Assembly: GCA_026417515.1 (NCBI GenBank)
Contig: JAOADC010000061.1
Span: forward strand, 18,074 to 82,073
Reading direction: 5' to 3'
Length of the DNA stretch: 64,000 bases
Source of the DNA: Actinomycetota bacterium
GTDB lineage: Bacteria > Actinomycetota > Aquicultoria > SKW223
Shown here: piece by piece, positions 9,901 through 19,419 of the stretch
Layout of the letters: each line of letters begins with the position of its first letter
Numbering within the stretch: position 1 is the first letter of the stretch
Notes under the pieces: generated by a model
Told to the model about the DNA's origin: nothing
Seen by the model: only the letters and a program-made list of their open reading frames with translations
Databases searched by the model: none
Translations under genes and position numbers: made by a program

Positions 9901-11160
9901 TTGCAAAAGAGGGTTTTTTTATTCGATTATTTGAAGAATCGTACTATAAGAGTGTTTTCAATTGTATTCCTGGTTATTCTTCTCGCTATCGTATTAAATA
10001 ACTATCTCTTTAAAACTTTTTCTGAAAATTACTGCAACCTCTGCCATATTATGAGACCTGATGTAGATTCTCATAAAGTGAGTCGACATAATAAGGTATC
10101 CTGTTTTGCCTGCCATTTTCGAGGCAACAATTTCGTCTCTGATTACTTTCGCTACCTTTCTCTTTACTCATGTCTTGCTGCTGAGTTATTTAACACTTAC
10201 GAAAAGCCGCTCAATATCAACGCTAATCTCTACGAGAGTATAGAAAGTAACGTCTGCTTGAAATGTCATACCTTAGAAAAGGAAATCAGTCCAAGGATAG
10301 GAATTAAAATCAATCACGAAGCGCATAGCAAGAAAGGTATCTCCTGCACACGCTGCCATAATCGCGTCTCACACGATATCGATACTACTACAAGGAAAGT
10401 ATTGAGCCTTAAAATCGCGAATATAGTACCTTATAAGGACAATACAAGAATGGATTCTTGTATGGAATGTCATACAGGCATTAAGGGACAACCAACTTCT
10501 GATTGCGATGCATGCCATACCCAGGAATTTAAACTCCCATACAGCTGTAATGCTTGCCACTCCGAAAACTTAAACCGCATTAAACCTAAGGATCACCTTC
10601 AGCCAGATTTTCCAAAGAAGGCACATGCAAAGATTGCGAGAGGCAGTCTCAATTATTGTCTTCAATGTCATCAGAAGGATAGTTGTGAATCTTGCCATAA
10701 AGAGAACCGTGTAAAAGTAAATATCCCTGTTAAAACAAGAATAGAATATCATCCGCCAGCTTCACATTTTGATAGGAAATTTATGCCCAAAGGTCATGCT
10801 GCATCAGCGAAGGAGAGAGGAAAAGATTACTGTTATCAATGCCATAAACCTAAATTCTGCAATGATTGTCATAATGGACTGGAAATGCCTCATCCTGCAG
10901 ATTTCAAAAAACAACATGGCAAGTTGGTTGTTAGAGAAGGATACAAAAAGAAGTGTTCAAACTGCCATCAAAATAAAAACACTTTTTGTGAGGCTGGCTG
11001 TCATCACGTAGGTTGGTCACCAAAAATGGGACCAATGATAAAGGCGCATCCAGAAGTAGTTGAAAAATCAGGTGTTTCCAATTGTCTTACCTGTCATACG
11101 TCTATTTACTGTGCCATCTGTCATGTTTCAGGTCGAGAGAAACAAAAGTTTCGTGACTGA
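9901..11160 (+). CDS. membrane-anchored multiheme cytochrome c, 15 heme-binding motifs
   Basis: TTG start with a GAAGG RBS. N-terminal TM, then fourteen CxxCH plus one CX3CH (CEAGCH). His-rich. Confidence 0.85.
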   Translation: MQKRVFLFDYLKNRTIRVFSIVFLVILLAIVLNNYLFKTFSENYCNLCHIMRPDVDSHKVSRHNKVSCFACHFRGNNFVSDYFRYLSLYSCLAAELFNTYEKPLNINANLYESIESNVCLKCHTLEKEISPRIGIKINHEAHSKKGISCTRCHNRVSHDIDTTTRKVLSLKIANIVPYKDNTRMDSCMECHTGIKGQPTSDCDACHTQEFKLPYSCNACHSENLNRIKPKDHLQPDFPKKAHAKIARGSLNYCLQCHQKDSCESCHKENRVKVNIPVKTRIEYHPPASHFDRKFMPKGHAASAKERGKDYCYQCHKPKFCNDCHNGLEMPHPADFKKQHGKLVVREGYKKKCSNCHQNKNTFCEAGCHHVGWSPKMGPMIKAHPEVVEKSGVSNCLTCHTSIYCAICHVSGREKQKFRD

Positions 11161-11170
11161 TTTTCTTATT

Positions 11171-11198
11171 GCTAAGAAGACTTTTAAATGTATAATCT
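11171..11198 (+). promoter_or_regulatory. sigma-70-like promoter for rplS (TTGCTA-16-TATAAT)
   Basis: Hexamers TTGCTA and TATAAT separated by 16 nt, about 30 nt upstream of the rplS RBS AAGGAGGG. Confidence 0.4.
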
Positions 11199-11229
11199 TT
11201 AATTCGTTGGTTATAAAGGAGGGATAGTT

Positions 11230-11580
11230 GTGGAAGATATAAAGAAAATTGAAGAAAAATTTATAAGAAAAGATCTGCCTGAAATATGGCCAGGAGACAA
11301 GGTTGTCGTTCACTACAAGATTTTTGAGGGCAATAAAGAGAGAATCCAGCCTTTTAAAGGTGATGTGATCGCTATTAAAGGTTCAGGAGCAAAAAGAACC
11401 ATCACTGTTAGAAAGGTTTCTTATGGAGTAGGTGTTGAAAGAATTTTCCCACTTCATTCTCCATTGATTGAGAAGATTGAAGTTGAAAGGAGAGGCAAGG
11501 TAAGGAGAGCCAAACTGTACTATATGCGTCAAAGAACTGGTAAGGCTACAAGAATTAAAGAAAAGAGAGAAAACGCCTAG
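11230..11580 (+). CDS. rplS: 50S ribosomal protein L19
   Basis: GTG start. Sequence [35 protein letters not shown] is typical L19. Confidence 0.95.
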   Translation: MEDIKKIEEKFIRKDLPEIWPGDKVVVHYKIFEGNKERIQPFKGDVIAIKGSGAKRTITVRKVSYGVGVERIFPLHSPLIEKIEVERRGKVRRAKLYYMRQRTGKATRIKEKRENA

Positions 11581-11590
11581 TTTTCGTTGT

Positions 11591-12121
11591 ATGAATCAGG
11601 ATAGGGATTCCTTCTACCACTTCCTCAGAGAGTTACCGCTCCTTTTAGTTGCTGCGGTAATCGTCGCTTTCGTCATAAAAACTTTTGTTGTTCAACCTTT
11701 TTGGGTTCCAACTGGTTCGATGATTCCAACGATTATGCCAAACGATAGAGTACTTGCTTTTAAATTTATATATAAGTTTTCAGACCCTAAACCAGGCGAT
11801 ATCATCGTTTTCCTTCCACCAAACGGAGAAAAGAAGGATTACATTAAAAGAGTTATCGCTGTGGAGGGTCAACGCATTAAGATAAAAGATGGTCTTGTAT
11901 ATATAAATGGAAAGCCGTTAAGAGAAGATTATCTTTCTGACGAAAGTTTTGACTCCGGCACAATGGAAGAAATAGTTGTACCAAAAGGTTATGTATTTGT
12001 TATGGGAGATAACAGACCAAATAGTCTTGATAGTCGTTCGTTTGGCCCAATCAGTAAATCAAAAATAATTGGCAAGGCATTTATGATTTACTGGCCCATA
12101 AATCGAATAAGGTTTCTTTAA
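11591..12121 (+). CDS. lepB: signal peptidase I
   Basis: N-terminal TM, catalytic Ser box (PTGSMIPT), and GDNRPNSLDSRSFGPI (box E). Confidence 0.9.
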   Translation: MNQDRDSFYHFLRELPLLLVAAVIVAFVIKTFVVQPFWVPTGSMIPTIMPNDRVLAFKFIYKFSDPKPGDIIVFLPPNGEKKDYIKRVIAVEGQRIKIKDGLVYINGKPLREDYLSDESFDSGTMEEIVVPKGYVFVMGDNRPNSLDSRSFGPISKSKIIGKAFMIYWPINRIRFL

Positions 12122-12134
12122 GCCTGAGGTGTAG

Positions 12135-13112
12135 ATGGGCTCAAATATACGGATTTTATCAGCAGGTAAATACCTTCCAGACAATGTTCTAACAAATTAC
12201 GACCTTGAAAAGATGGTTGAAACAAGTGATGAGTGGATTGTTTCTCGCACCGGAATCAAGGAAAGAAGATTAGCAAGAGAAAACGAGTTCACTTCCGACC
12301 TTGCGTATAAGGCTTTACTGAACGCTGCTGAAAAGATTTCTTTTGATTTAAATGAACTTGACGCCCTGATTGTTGCTACAGGAACACCTGATAGGTTGTT
12401 TCCTTCAACAGCTGCTAGAGTACACGGATTGCTAGGCTTAAAAAAAGAGATTGCTTCTTTTGATTTGTTGGCTGCTTGTGCTGGATTCAGTTATGCCATA
12501 GAGGTTGCCAGAGGTCTAGCATCTCAGGGTTACAGATATATTGCAGTTGTTGGTGCTGAGGTTCTATCTCGTTTTATAAACTGGAACGATAGAACCACCT
12601 GCGTACTTTTTGGAGATGGTGCAGGCGCAATCATTTTTCAATCTTCAGATGAACCTGGTTTTATATATGGAAAGTTGTATAGCAATGGCTCCTTGGAAGG
12701 ATTACTTGAAATTCCAGGCGGAGGTTCGATGCTTCCTTCTTGTACTGCCGATTCTCAAGAGTATAAGATTAAAATGCTCGGCAGAGAGGTCTTCAAATAC
12801 GCAGTTAGCGAACTTTCTTCTGCTTTAAACGAAGCCTTAGTAAAAACTCAAACGAAGGTCAATCAATTGTCAGGTATTTTTGCTCATCAAGCCAACATAA
12901 GAATTATTAACTCTGTTCTTGAAAGATGTGGTATACCTTTTGAAAAGTCCTTTAACAATATTGAACGATATGGAAATACTTCTGCTGCTTCAATTCCAAT
13001 CATCATTGCTGAATATATGGAAACTCAGGGAATGAAACAAAATGATCTTTATGCTATTCTAAGTTTTGGTGCAGGTTTTGTTTGGGGAGTTCATTTGTAC
13101 AGGCATTCCTAG
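12135..13112 (+). CDS. fabH: 3-oxoacyl-ACP synthase III
   Basis: FabH N-terminus (ILSAGKYLPDNVLTNYDLEKMVETSDEWIVSRTGIKERR), the Cys region AACAGF, and the C-terminal GFGAGF. Confidence 0.95.
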   Translation: MGSNIRILSAGKYLPDNVLTNYDLEKMVETSDEWIVSRTGIKERRLARENEFTSDLAYKALLNAAEKISFDLNELDALIVATGTPDRLFPSTAARVHGLLGLKKEIASFDLLAACAGFSYAIEVARGLASQGYRYIAVVGAEVLSRFINWNDRTTCVLFGDGAGAIIFQSSDEPGFIYGKLYSNGSLEGLLEIPGGGSMLPSCTADSQEYKIKMLGREVFKYAVSELSSALNEALVKTQTKVNQLSGIFAHQANIRIINSVLERCGIPFEKSFNNIERYGNTSAASIPIIIAEYMETQGMKQNDLYAILSFGAGFVWGVHLYRHS

Positions 13113-13135
13113 TTTTCTTGTTTAAGAGGTAGAAA

Positions 13136-14041
13136 ATGAAAGAAAGAAAGCGGATTGTGCTTTTATTTCCTGGTCAGGGAACCCTTAAGAAGGGAACTGG
13201 AGCTGACCTCTTAGAAACAAAATACGCCATAGAACTAGACAGAAAAGCTTCATCAGTTATCGGATTCAGTTTGATTGAAAAGATAATGCAAGCTACTGAG
13301 GATGATTATTCAAGAACTGTATTTGTACAACCAGCAACATTTTTTCTAAGCCTTCTAAGTTATATCATCCTTAAAGAAGAAAGCGAAGTTTTTGTTGTAG
13401 GTGCTGCTGGTCATAGTCTTGGTGAACTTACAGCACTGACCGCATCAGGATTTTTCGAAATTCAAACAGGATTTCAACTTGTGCTTCATCGAGCCAAATT
13501 TATGGAATCCTGCTGTCGAAAAGAACTTTCATCGATGGTTGCTGTTATAGGAGATAATCCACTATCACTTTCAAGTATAGCAGGATATTATGGGGTCTAT
13601 CTTGCAAATATTAACAGCAACCAACAAGTCGTCTTCGCAGGACCTGTTGAAGGACTTAAGCATTTTAAAGACAGGGTTCAGGAACTGGGCTACAGGGCAA
13701 TTTATTTGAATGTCGAGGGAGCCTTTCATACACCTTTGATGGACGAAGCATCAACAAATTTTAGACTTTTTCTAAAGAAACAAAAGATAGGTTACAATTC
13801 ATTTCCAGTAATTTCCAATTTTGATGGCAAACCTTATGATAGAAATAATCTTATTGAAAAATTATCTCGCCAGATATCTTCACCGGTTAGGTGGGTTGAC
13901 TGTATCGAAACTCTCTCGTTTTTCGATCCTGACTGTTGGGTCGAAACTTTTCCTGGAAACGTTCTCTTAAGGATGCTACCACCTGAAATTCCAGGAGAAC
14001 GTATAGCTATAAGAAGTTTATCTGATATTGAAAAACTATGA
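13136..14041 (+). CDS. fabD: malonyl-CoA:ACP transacylase
   Basis: LFPGQGT and GHSLGE motifs. Confidence 0.9.
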   Translation: MKERKRIVLLFPGQGTLKKGTGADLLETKYAIELDRKASSVIGFSLIEKIMQATEDDYSRTVFVQPATFFLSLLSYIILKEESEVFVVGAAGHSLGELTALTASGFFEIQTGFQLVLHRAKFMESCCRKELSSMVAVIGDNPLSLSSIAGYYGVYLANINSNQQVVFAGPVEGLKHFKDRVQELGYRAIYLNVEGAFHTPLMDEASTNFRLFLKKQKIGYNSFPVISNFDGKPYDRNNLIEKLSRQISSPVRWVDCIETLSFFDPDCWVETFPGNVLLRMLPPEIPGERIAIRSLSDIEKL

Positions 14042-14054
14042 GGAGTGATTTTAA

Positions 14055-14789
14055 ATGAATAAGAAGGTGGTTATAGTAACTGGTGCTTCAAGAGGTATCG
14101 GCGCAGCAATTTCGAAAGTTCTTGCTAATCTAAACTACGTTGTTGTTGGAACCTTTGTCTCTTCAAATGAAACAGCAGTTGCATTAAAGAATGAAATTGA
14201 AGAATTGGGTGGAACCTATATTCCAGTAAGAGCTGATGTAAGGGTCTCTTCAGATTGTGAAAACGTTGTAGCTGAAGCCCTAAATTATGGTCAGGTATAT
14301 GGACTTGTTAACAATGCAGGAATCACAAACGATAATCTACTGCTAAGAATGACTGAGGAAAACTGGAGAAGTGTTATCGATACCAATCTTACTGGCGCAT
14401 TCCTGATGACAAAAGCAGCAGCAAAAGAAATGATTAAGAATCGTGAAGGCTCGATTGTAAATATCAGTTCGGTTGTTGGACTTTATGGAAACGCAGGACA
14501 GGTTAATTACTCGGCATCTAAAGCAGGCTTGATCGGGTTTACAAAATCGCTTGCGAAAGAACTTGGTCAAAGAAATGTTAGAGTAAATGCGGTTGCCCCT
14601 GGTTTTATCGAAACTGATATGACATCTAAGTTAAGCGATGAACTAAAAGAAAAAGCAGTTCAGTCAATCTATTTAAAACGCTTTGGAAGGGCAGAGGAAG
14701 TTGCTGAAGTGGTGGCTTTCCTCATCTCTGAAAAATCATCTTATATAAACGGCGAAATAATTGAGGTTTCAGGTGGAATTGCATTGTAA
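14055..14789 (+). CDS. fabG: 3-oxoacyl-ACP reductase
   Basis: SDR fold: TGASRGIG, NNAG, and YxxxK (YSASKAG). Confidence 0.9.
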   Translation: MNKKVVIVTGASRGIGAAISKVLANLNYVVVGTFVSSNETAVALKNEIEELGGTYIPVRADVRVSSDCENVVAEALNYGQVYGLVNNAGITNDNLLLRMTEENWRSVIDTNLTGAFLMTKAAAKEMIKNREGSIVNISSVVGLYGNAGQVNYSASKAGLIGFTKSLAKELGQRNVRVNAVAPGFIETDMTSKLSDELKEKAVQSIYLKRFGRAEEVAEVVAFLISEKSSYINGEIIEVSGGIAL

Positions 14790-14822
14790 AATATTAAAAA
14801 TTTTTTTTGGGAGGTTTCTAAA

Positions 14823-15059
14823 ATGCAAAATGTTTTTGAAAAATTAAGGGAGATTGTAGCCAGAGAACTCAAAGTCGACCCTGAAAAAATTACTCTTGAT
14901 TCAGCTTTTGTTGATGATCTTGGTGCTGATTCGCTTGATATGGTGGAACTTGTGATGGCTCTTGAGGATGAATTTGGCATATCTATTTCAGATGAAGATG
15001 CACAGAGTATAAGAACTATCAGGGACGCTGTAGAATACATTGAGAATGCAATTGCGTAG
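14823..15059 (+). CDS. acpP: acyl carrier protein
   Basis: 78 aa with a [12 protein letters not shown] phosphopantetheine-attachment site. Confidence 0.95.
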   Translation: MQNVFEKLREIVARELKVDPEKITLDSAFVDDLGADSLDMVELVMALEDEFGISISDEDAQSIRTIRDAVEYIENAIA

Positions 15060-16281
15060 GGCAGTAATCACAGGGTTGGGCGTAGTTAGCCCAATCGGTG
15101 TAGGCGTAGAAAATTTTTACAAATCGTTGATTGAAGGACGTTCAGGTATTTCTTTTATTACTCGATTCGACGCTTCAAATTTTCCTGTGAAAATTGCTGG
15201 AGAGGTTAAAGAAGACCTGAGCGATTACGTCTCTCAAAAGGAATCCAAACGACTTGACCTTTTCTCGATTTTTGCTCTGGCAGCCGCTGAACTTGCACTC
15301 AAAGATGCTGGTATCGATTCTTTTAAAGATCCTTACAGAGTTGGTGCAATTGTATCAAGTGGTATAGGTGGCATTGGAACGATTGAAGAGGAACACATTA
15401 CAATGTTGAACAAAGGCCCACAGCGAGTAAGCCCTTTTCTTATTCCTAAAATTATTTCAAATATGGCTTCAGGAAACATTGCCATACGATATGGTATTAA
15501 GGGCCCAAATTTCAGTATTGCATCTGCCTGTGCCTCATCATCCCATGCTATAGGTATTGCTCTTGATATGATAAGAATGGGAAAAGCTGATGTGGTTCTA
15601 GTTGGAGGCACAGAAGCACCAATAACTCCTCTTTCTGTGGCTGGATTTTCTTCATTAAAAGCACTTTCAACTAGAAACGATGAACCTGAAAAAGCAAGCA
15701 GACCGTTTGATGCTTCAAGAGATGGCTTTGTGATGGCAGAAGGTGCTGCTATTTTGATTGTCGAAGATGAGCAGCACGCGAGAAAAAGGGGAGCAAGAAT
15801 CTATTGCGAGCTTGCAGGCTATGGATTTACTGATGATGCATATCATATTACTCAACCAGACATATCAGGAGAAACAGCTGCATACACTATGAAAATGGCA
15901 TTAGAAGATGCAGAGATGACAGTTGATGATGTTGACTATATAAATGCTCATGGTACATCGACTAAATTTAACGATGAAATAGAAACAAAAGCAATAAAAT
16001 TGCTCTTTAAGGAAAGAGCTTACGATGTTTTTGTTAGTTCCACCAAGTCGATGTCAGGACATCTTCTTGGAGCCGCCGGTGCAATAGAAGCGTGTGCAAC
16101 TGCACTCGGTATATTTCATGGTGTAGCGTTTCCTACAATAAATCTTGATGAACCAGATCCAGAGTGCGATTTGAATTATGTTCCTCATCAACCTATTGAA
16201 TTAGAAATAAGAGGTGCAATCTCAAATTCATTTGGATTTGGTGGTCATAACGCTGTTATAGCATTTAAAAAATATGTCTAG
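15040..16281 (+). CDS. fabF: 3-oxoacyl-ACP synthase II
   Basis: KAS II motifs ([25 protein letters not shown]). The start codon is ambiguous (ATG at 15040 or 15046, or TTG at 15052) and overlaps the acpP end. Confidence 0.9.
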   Translation: MRMQLRRAVITGLGVVSPIGVGVENFYKSLIEGRSGISFITRFDASNFPVKIAGEVKEDLSDYVSQKESKRLDLFSIFALAAAELALKDAGIDSFKDPYRVGAIVSSGIGGIGTIEEEHITMLNKGPQRVSPFLIPKIISNMASGNIAIRYGIKGPNFSIASACASSSHAIGIALDMIRMGKADVVLVGGTEAPITPLSVAGFSSLKALSTRNDEPEKASRPFDASRDGFVMAEGAAILIVEDEQHARKRGARIYCELAGYGFTDDAYHITQPDISGETAAYTMKMALEDAEMTVDDVDYINAHGTSTKFNDEIETKAIKLLFKERAYDVFVSSTKSMSGHLLGAAGAIEACATALGIFHGVAFPTINLDEPDPECDLNYVPHQPIELEIRGAISNSFGFGGHNAVIAFKKYV

Positions 16282-17026
16282 ACATAAAGAATCCAATTTA
16301 AACAAAGTCTCAAGTGATCTTTTGAAGGAATACTCAAATCATCTTGAGAAACTTGAAAATCAATTAGGCATAAAGTTTAAGAACAAATCCTTACTTCTCA
16401 TCTCGTGTATTCATGCTTCTTTTGCCAACGAAAAGGGAATCAAGGTAAACAATGAAAAGTTGGAGTTCCTTGGTGATGCTGTTCTTTCCCTTATAATTTC
16501 AGAGTTCTTGTATAAAAAAACCGATAAATCATCTGAAGGGGAGCTTTCAAAAGCTAAATCAATCATAGCCTCAGAAAAGACCCTTGCTGACTTTGCGTAC
16601 AATATGGGATTTGATTCCTTTCTGCTTCTTGGAAAGGGAGCTTCTAAAGAAGAGAGGGGTAAGAGAAGCAACCTTGCTGATTTTACTGAGGCGCTTCTTG
16701 GTGCGATTTACCTTGACAGAGGATTTAGAGTAGTAAAAAGATTCGTAAAAGAAAACCTCCTTAATAGGTACATTGATATTGATTTTGTTAAGCATGATCC
16801 AAAATCAACACTTCAGGAGTTATTGGTTAAGAAATATCACTCTCTACCAAAGTACAAGGTTATCTACTCCTCAGGTCCAGCACATGCAAAAAAATTCGTC
16901 TGTGGGGTTTTCTTGCGCGACAAAATAATTGGTACTGGTGAGGGTCAGAGCAAGAAGGAAGCAGAAAAGCAGGCAGCACTTGAAGCCCTAAAATCTATGG
17001 GATATTACCATGGTGAATTTGATTAA
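16274..17026 (+). CDS. rnc: ribonuclease III
   Basis: RNase III signature ERLEFLGDAVL plus a C-terminal dsRBD. Confidence 0.9.
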   Translation: MSRHKESNLNKVSSDLLKEYSNHLEKLENQLGIKFKNKSLLLISCIHASFANEKGIKVNNEKLEFLGDAVLSLIISEFLYKKTDKSSEGELSKAKSIIASEKTLADFAYNMGFDSFLLLGKGASKEERGKRSNLADFTEALLGAIYLDRGFRVVKRFVKENLLNRYIDIDFVKHDPKSTLQELLVKKYHSLPKYKVIYSSGPAHAKKFVCGVFLRDKIIGTGEGQSKKEAEKQAALEALKSMGYYHGEFD

Positions 17027-17816
17027 ACTCAACGATTTTTTAAGAAAGGTTTATAGTTCTTCTGAAACACTGGGGCTAGATGGTTTTTTTAACCCAGAGG
17101 AAGTTTTAAGAGACGTCAAGGGCAAGAAAGGTTTTATACAAGAAGTAGCAGGAAGAGATAGCATTGCTTCCTTGAGCCGTTTTCTTTACGGAAAACAAGA
17201 CTTCGAATTTGTTCTAATTTCGGCTGCCTTTTCACCAACTGAGTTTGGAGATTTGAATGCAATTCAAAAAGCAATGCTTATCGCAGAAAATATTGCAAGA
17301 CTCAAAGGTCTTAAAGTTTATTTTGCTGCTTTTAAATCAGTTTCTCTCTGGAGTGAGATAGTTTCAGCAGACGCTCTTCAAGTTTCAATAAATTATGGCT
17401 TCTACTCTCCATGTATTGGTTGCCATATGTATCTTCATCTATTAAGGGCTCGGGCTGCTTCAATCTTAGGTGTAAAAGACATTGTTTCTGGAGAACGTAT
17501 TTATCATAAGGGTAAGATAAAGATCAATCAATCACCTCAAGCGCTTGACGCCTATCAGGAAGTTTTTTCTTCAAAGGGTTTCGCTCTTCATTTTCCCCTA
17601 AAAGAACTGGACGATGAAGACACGATTTTAAGTTTACTTCCAGTTCGATGGGAAGAAGGAAAAGAACAGTTGATCTGCTACTTTACTGGTAGTTCAAAAA
17701 TCGATATTACACAAGAGAAGTTTATCTCTAATAAGCTTAATAACTACTTAAAGGAATATTTGATACCAAAAGGAAAAATACTTCTAGACAGATTGATCAG
17801 TCCTGAAGATTTTTGA
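17010..17816 (+). CDS. hypothetical protein, possibly a divergent PP-loop (adenine nucleotide alpha-hydrolase-like) protein
   Basis: EVAGRDSIAS looks like a degenerate SGGxDS PP-loop after a predicted first strand. No closer family could be assigned by eye. Confidence 0.3.
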   Translation: MVNLIKLNDFLRKVYSSSETLGLDGFFNPEEVLRDVKGKKGFIQEVAGRDSIASLSRFLYGKQDFEFVLISAAFSPTEFGDLNAIQKAMLIAENIARLKGLKVYFAAFKSVSLWSEIVSADALQVSINYGFYSPCIGCHMYLHLLRARAASILGVKDIVSGERIYHKGKIKINQSPQALDAYQEVFSSKGFALHFPLKELDDEDTILSLLPVRWEEGKEQLICYFTGSSKIDITQEKFISNKLNNYLKEYLIPKGKILLDRLISPEDF

Positions 17817-18603
17817 GAAGTTCTGATTTTAGCTCTTCGTGGATTAAAGCGTTTGTGGCAAGTATTTCAGATGAAAAAGGTGTGTAAATTTCTTCTTTTA
17901 AACTCGAAACCATTCCTCCTGCTTCCATAACTATTAAAGAACCTGCTGCTGTATCCCAGGGTTTTAGAGATAATTCAAAAAAACCATCAAATATGCCTTT
18001 TGCCACGTAGCAAAGGTCTATTGCTGCTGAACCAAATCTTCTTAAAGCTCTTGCTTTTGTAAGCATAGCTTTTAGTGATTTAAGAACCGGTTCATAATTC
18101 ACCCAGACATCGTAAGGAAAACCTGTGGCAAGCAAAGCATCAGAAAGTTTTGAAACCTTCGATACAGATAACTTGCTTTCATTTGAATTCTTATCTATTA
18201 AAAAAGCACCGAAATCTTTCTTTGCCACGTAAAGCTCACCAAATTCAGGTATGTAAACGACGCCTTTCACAGGATGAACATCATTCATCAAGGCAATTGA
18301 AACAGCATAAAATGGGATTTTTCTGGAGTAATTGGTAGTTCCATCCAGGGGGTCAACTAAAAAATACAATCCTTCAGGTTTGATATTGTAAAAAGTCTCC
18401 TCGCTATAAACTGGATAAGCAAAATCTGAATTAAGTTGATTTAAAATAACTTTTTCTGATTCCAGATCTGCTGCCGTCACAATATCAATGTTTCCCTTTT
18501 TTCTTACTTCGATTGTCTGGTAGAACATCTCACCTAAGATTTCTCCTGCCTCTTTTGCTGCTCTTATCATTGAAGGAAGGTGACTATCATCTGCAAATAT
18601 CAT
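17797..18603 (-). CDS. suhB: inositol monophosphatase-family phosphatase (SuhB/IMPase/FBPase-like)
   Basis: IMPase motifs DPLDGTTNY and WDTAAG. Confidence 0.85.
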   Translation of the reverse strand: MIFADDSHLPSMIRAAKEAGEILGEMFYQTIEVRKKGNIDIVTAADLESEKVILNQLNSDFAYPVYSEETFYNIKPEGLYFLVDPLDGTTNYSRKIPFYAVSIALMNDVHPVKGVVYIPEFGELYVAKKDFGAFLIDKNSNESKLSVSKVSKLSDALLATGFPYDVWVNYEPVLKSLKAMLTKARALRRFGSAAIDLCYVAKGIFDGFFELSLKPWDTAAGSLIVMEAGGMVSSLKEEIYTPFSSEILATNALIHEELKSELLKNLQD

Positions 18604-18672
18604 TGTATTTTCTCTCCAAACAAATCGGTTTTCATTTATACTCTTAAAAGTATTTTATTTAAGGAAAAAAAG

Positions 18673-19419
18673 ATGGATAAGAGCATTTGGTCAAATTATA
18701 TGTGGCCTTTAATAACATCCATAACTGTTGGCATATTTGCTTTGCTTGTTCTTAAACAGTATTTTGAAAGAAGAAAACTACATCAACTTTACTGGTCAAT
18801 AGGACTTATATTTTATGCAATTGCTGCCCTTTTTGAGGCTTACTCTGAATTTACCGGTAACTGGAGTCCATTTGTATACAGAATTTATGTTGTTCTTGCC
18901 GCATCTTTGGTCGGTTTCCTTGGCTTAGGCACTCTCGAACTCATATCAAGGAGAAAAATCTGGCCGAATTTATACTTGATATTTAACATTATTTGCCTTT
19001 TTGTTTTTTTCTACGGTTCATTCACAGCAAAACTTAATTTAGCTGCACTCAAGCCAGGAGTAACAGTTGGAGGCAAAGCGCTTGGACCTTCATTGAGTTT
19101 TCCTCGTGTGATGTCGCTTTTCTTTAATATTCCAGGTACATTATTCTTATTCGGTGGCGCTGTGCTTTCCGTTTTTCGCTTTCTGAGAAAAAGAGAGTTT
19201 GCATATAGAGTCTGGGCAAATATTTTCATCGCTGCTGGCACTGCTGTAATTGCCTGGGCAGGAGCCAAAGCGAGGTTGGGTTCAACACAGTTTCTTTATC
19301 CTGCAGAAATGATCGGTTCCGCACTCCTTTTTTATGGATTCATTCTTGCTGGTACTTTAGAAAAAGGTGCTCAAAAAATTAGGCAATCTCTGGAATTCAA
19401 TGGCAAGAAAGATAGTTAA
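18673..19419 (+). CDS. hypothetical polytopic membrane protein
   Basis: ATG at 18673 is favoured over the upstream in-frame extension. About 6 to 7 predicted TM helices and no recognisable motif. Confidence 0.5.
   Translation: MDKSIWSNYMWPLITSITVGIFALLVLKQYFERRKLHQLYWSIGLIFYAIAALFEAYSEFTGNWSPFVYRIYVVLAASLVGFLGLGTLELISRRKIWPNLYLIFNIICLFVFFYGSFTAKLNLAALKPGVTVGGKALGPSLSFPRVMSLFFNIPGTLFLFGGAVLSVFRFLRKREFAYRVWANIFIAAGTAVIAWAGAKARLGSTQFLYPAEMIGSALLFYGFILAGTLEKGAQKIRQSLEFNGKKDS

Noticed and set aside
17380-17440. CIGCH (CxxCH) in the 17010..17816 protein, considered as a heme c site
   Set aside because: The protein has no signal peptide or TM segment and would be cytoplasmic, where covalent heme attachment does not occur. 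A single CxxCH is common by chance. It is more likely a metal or zinc ligand or irrelevant.
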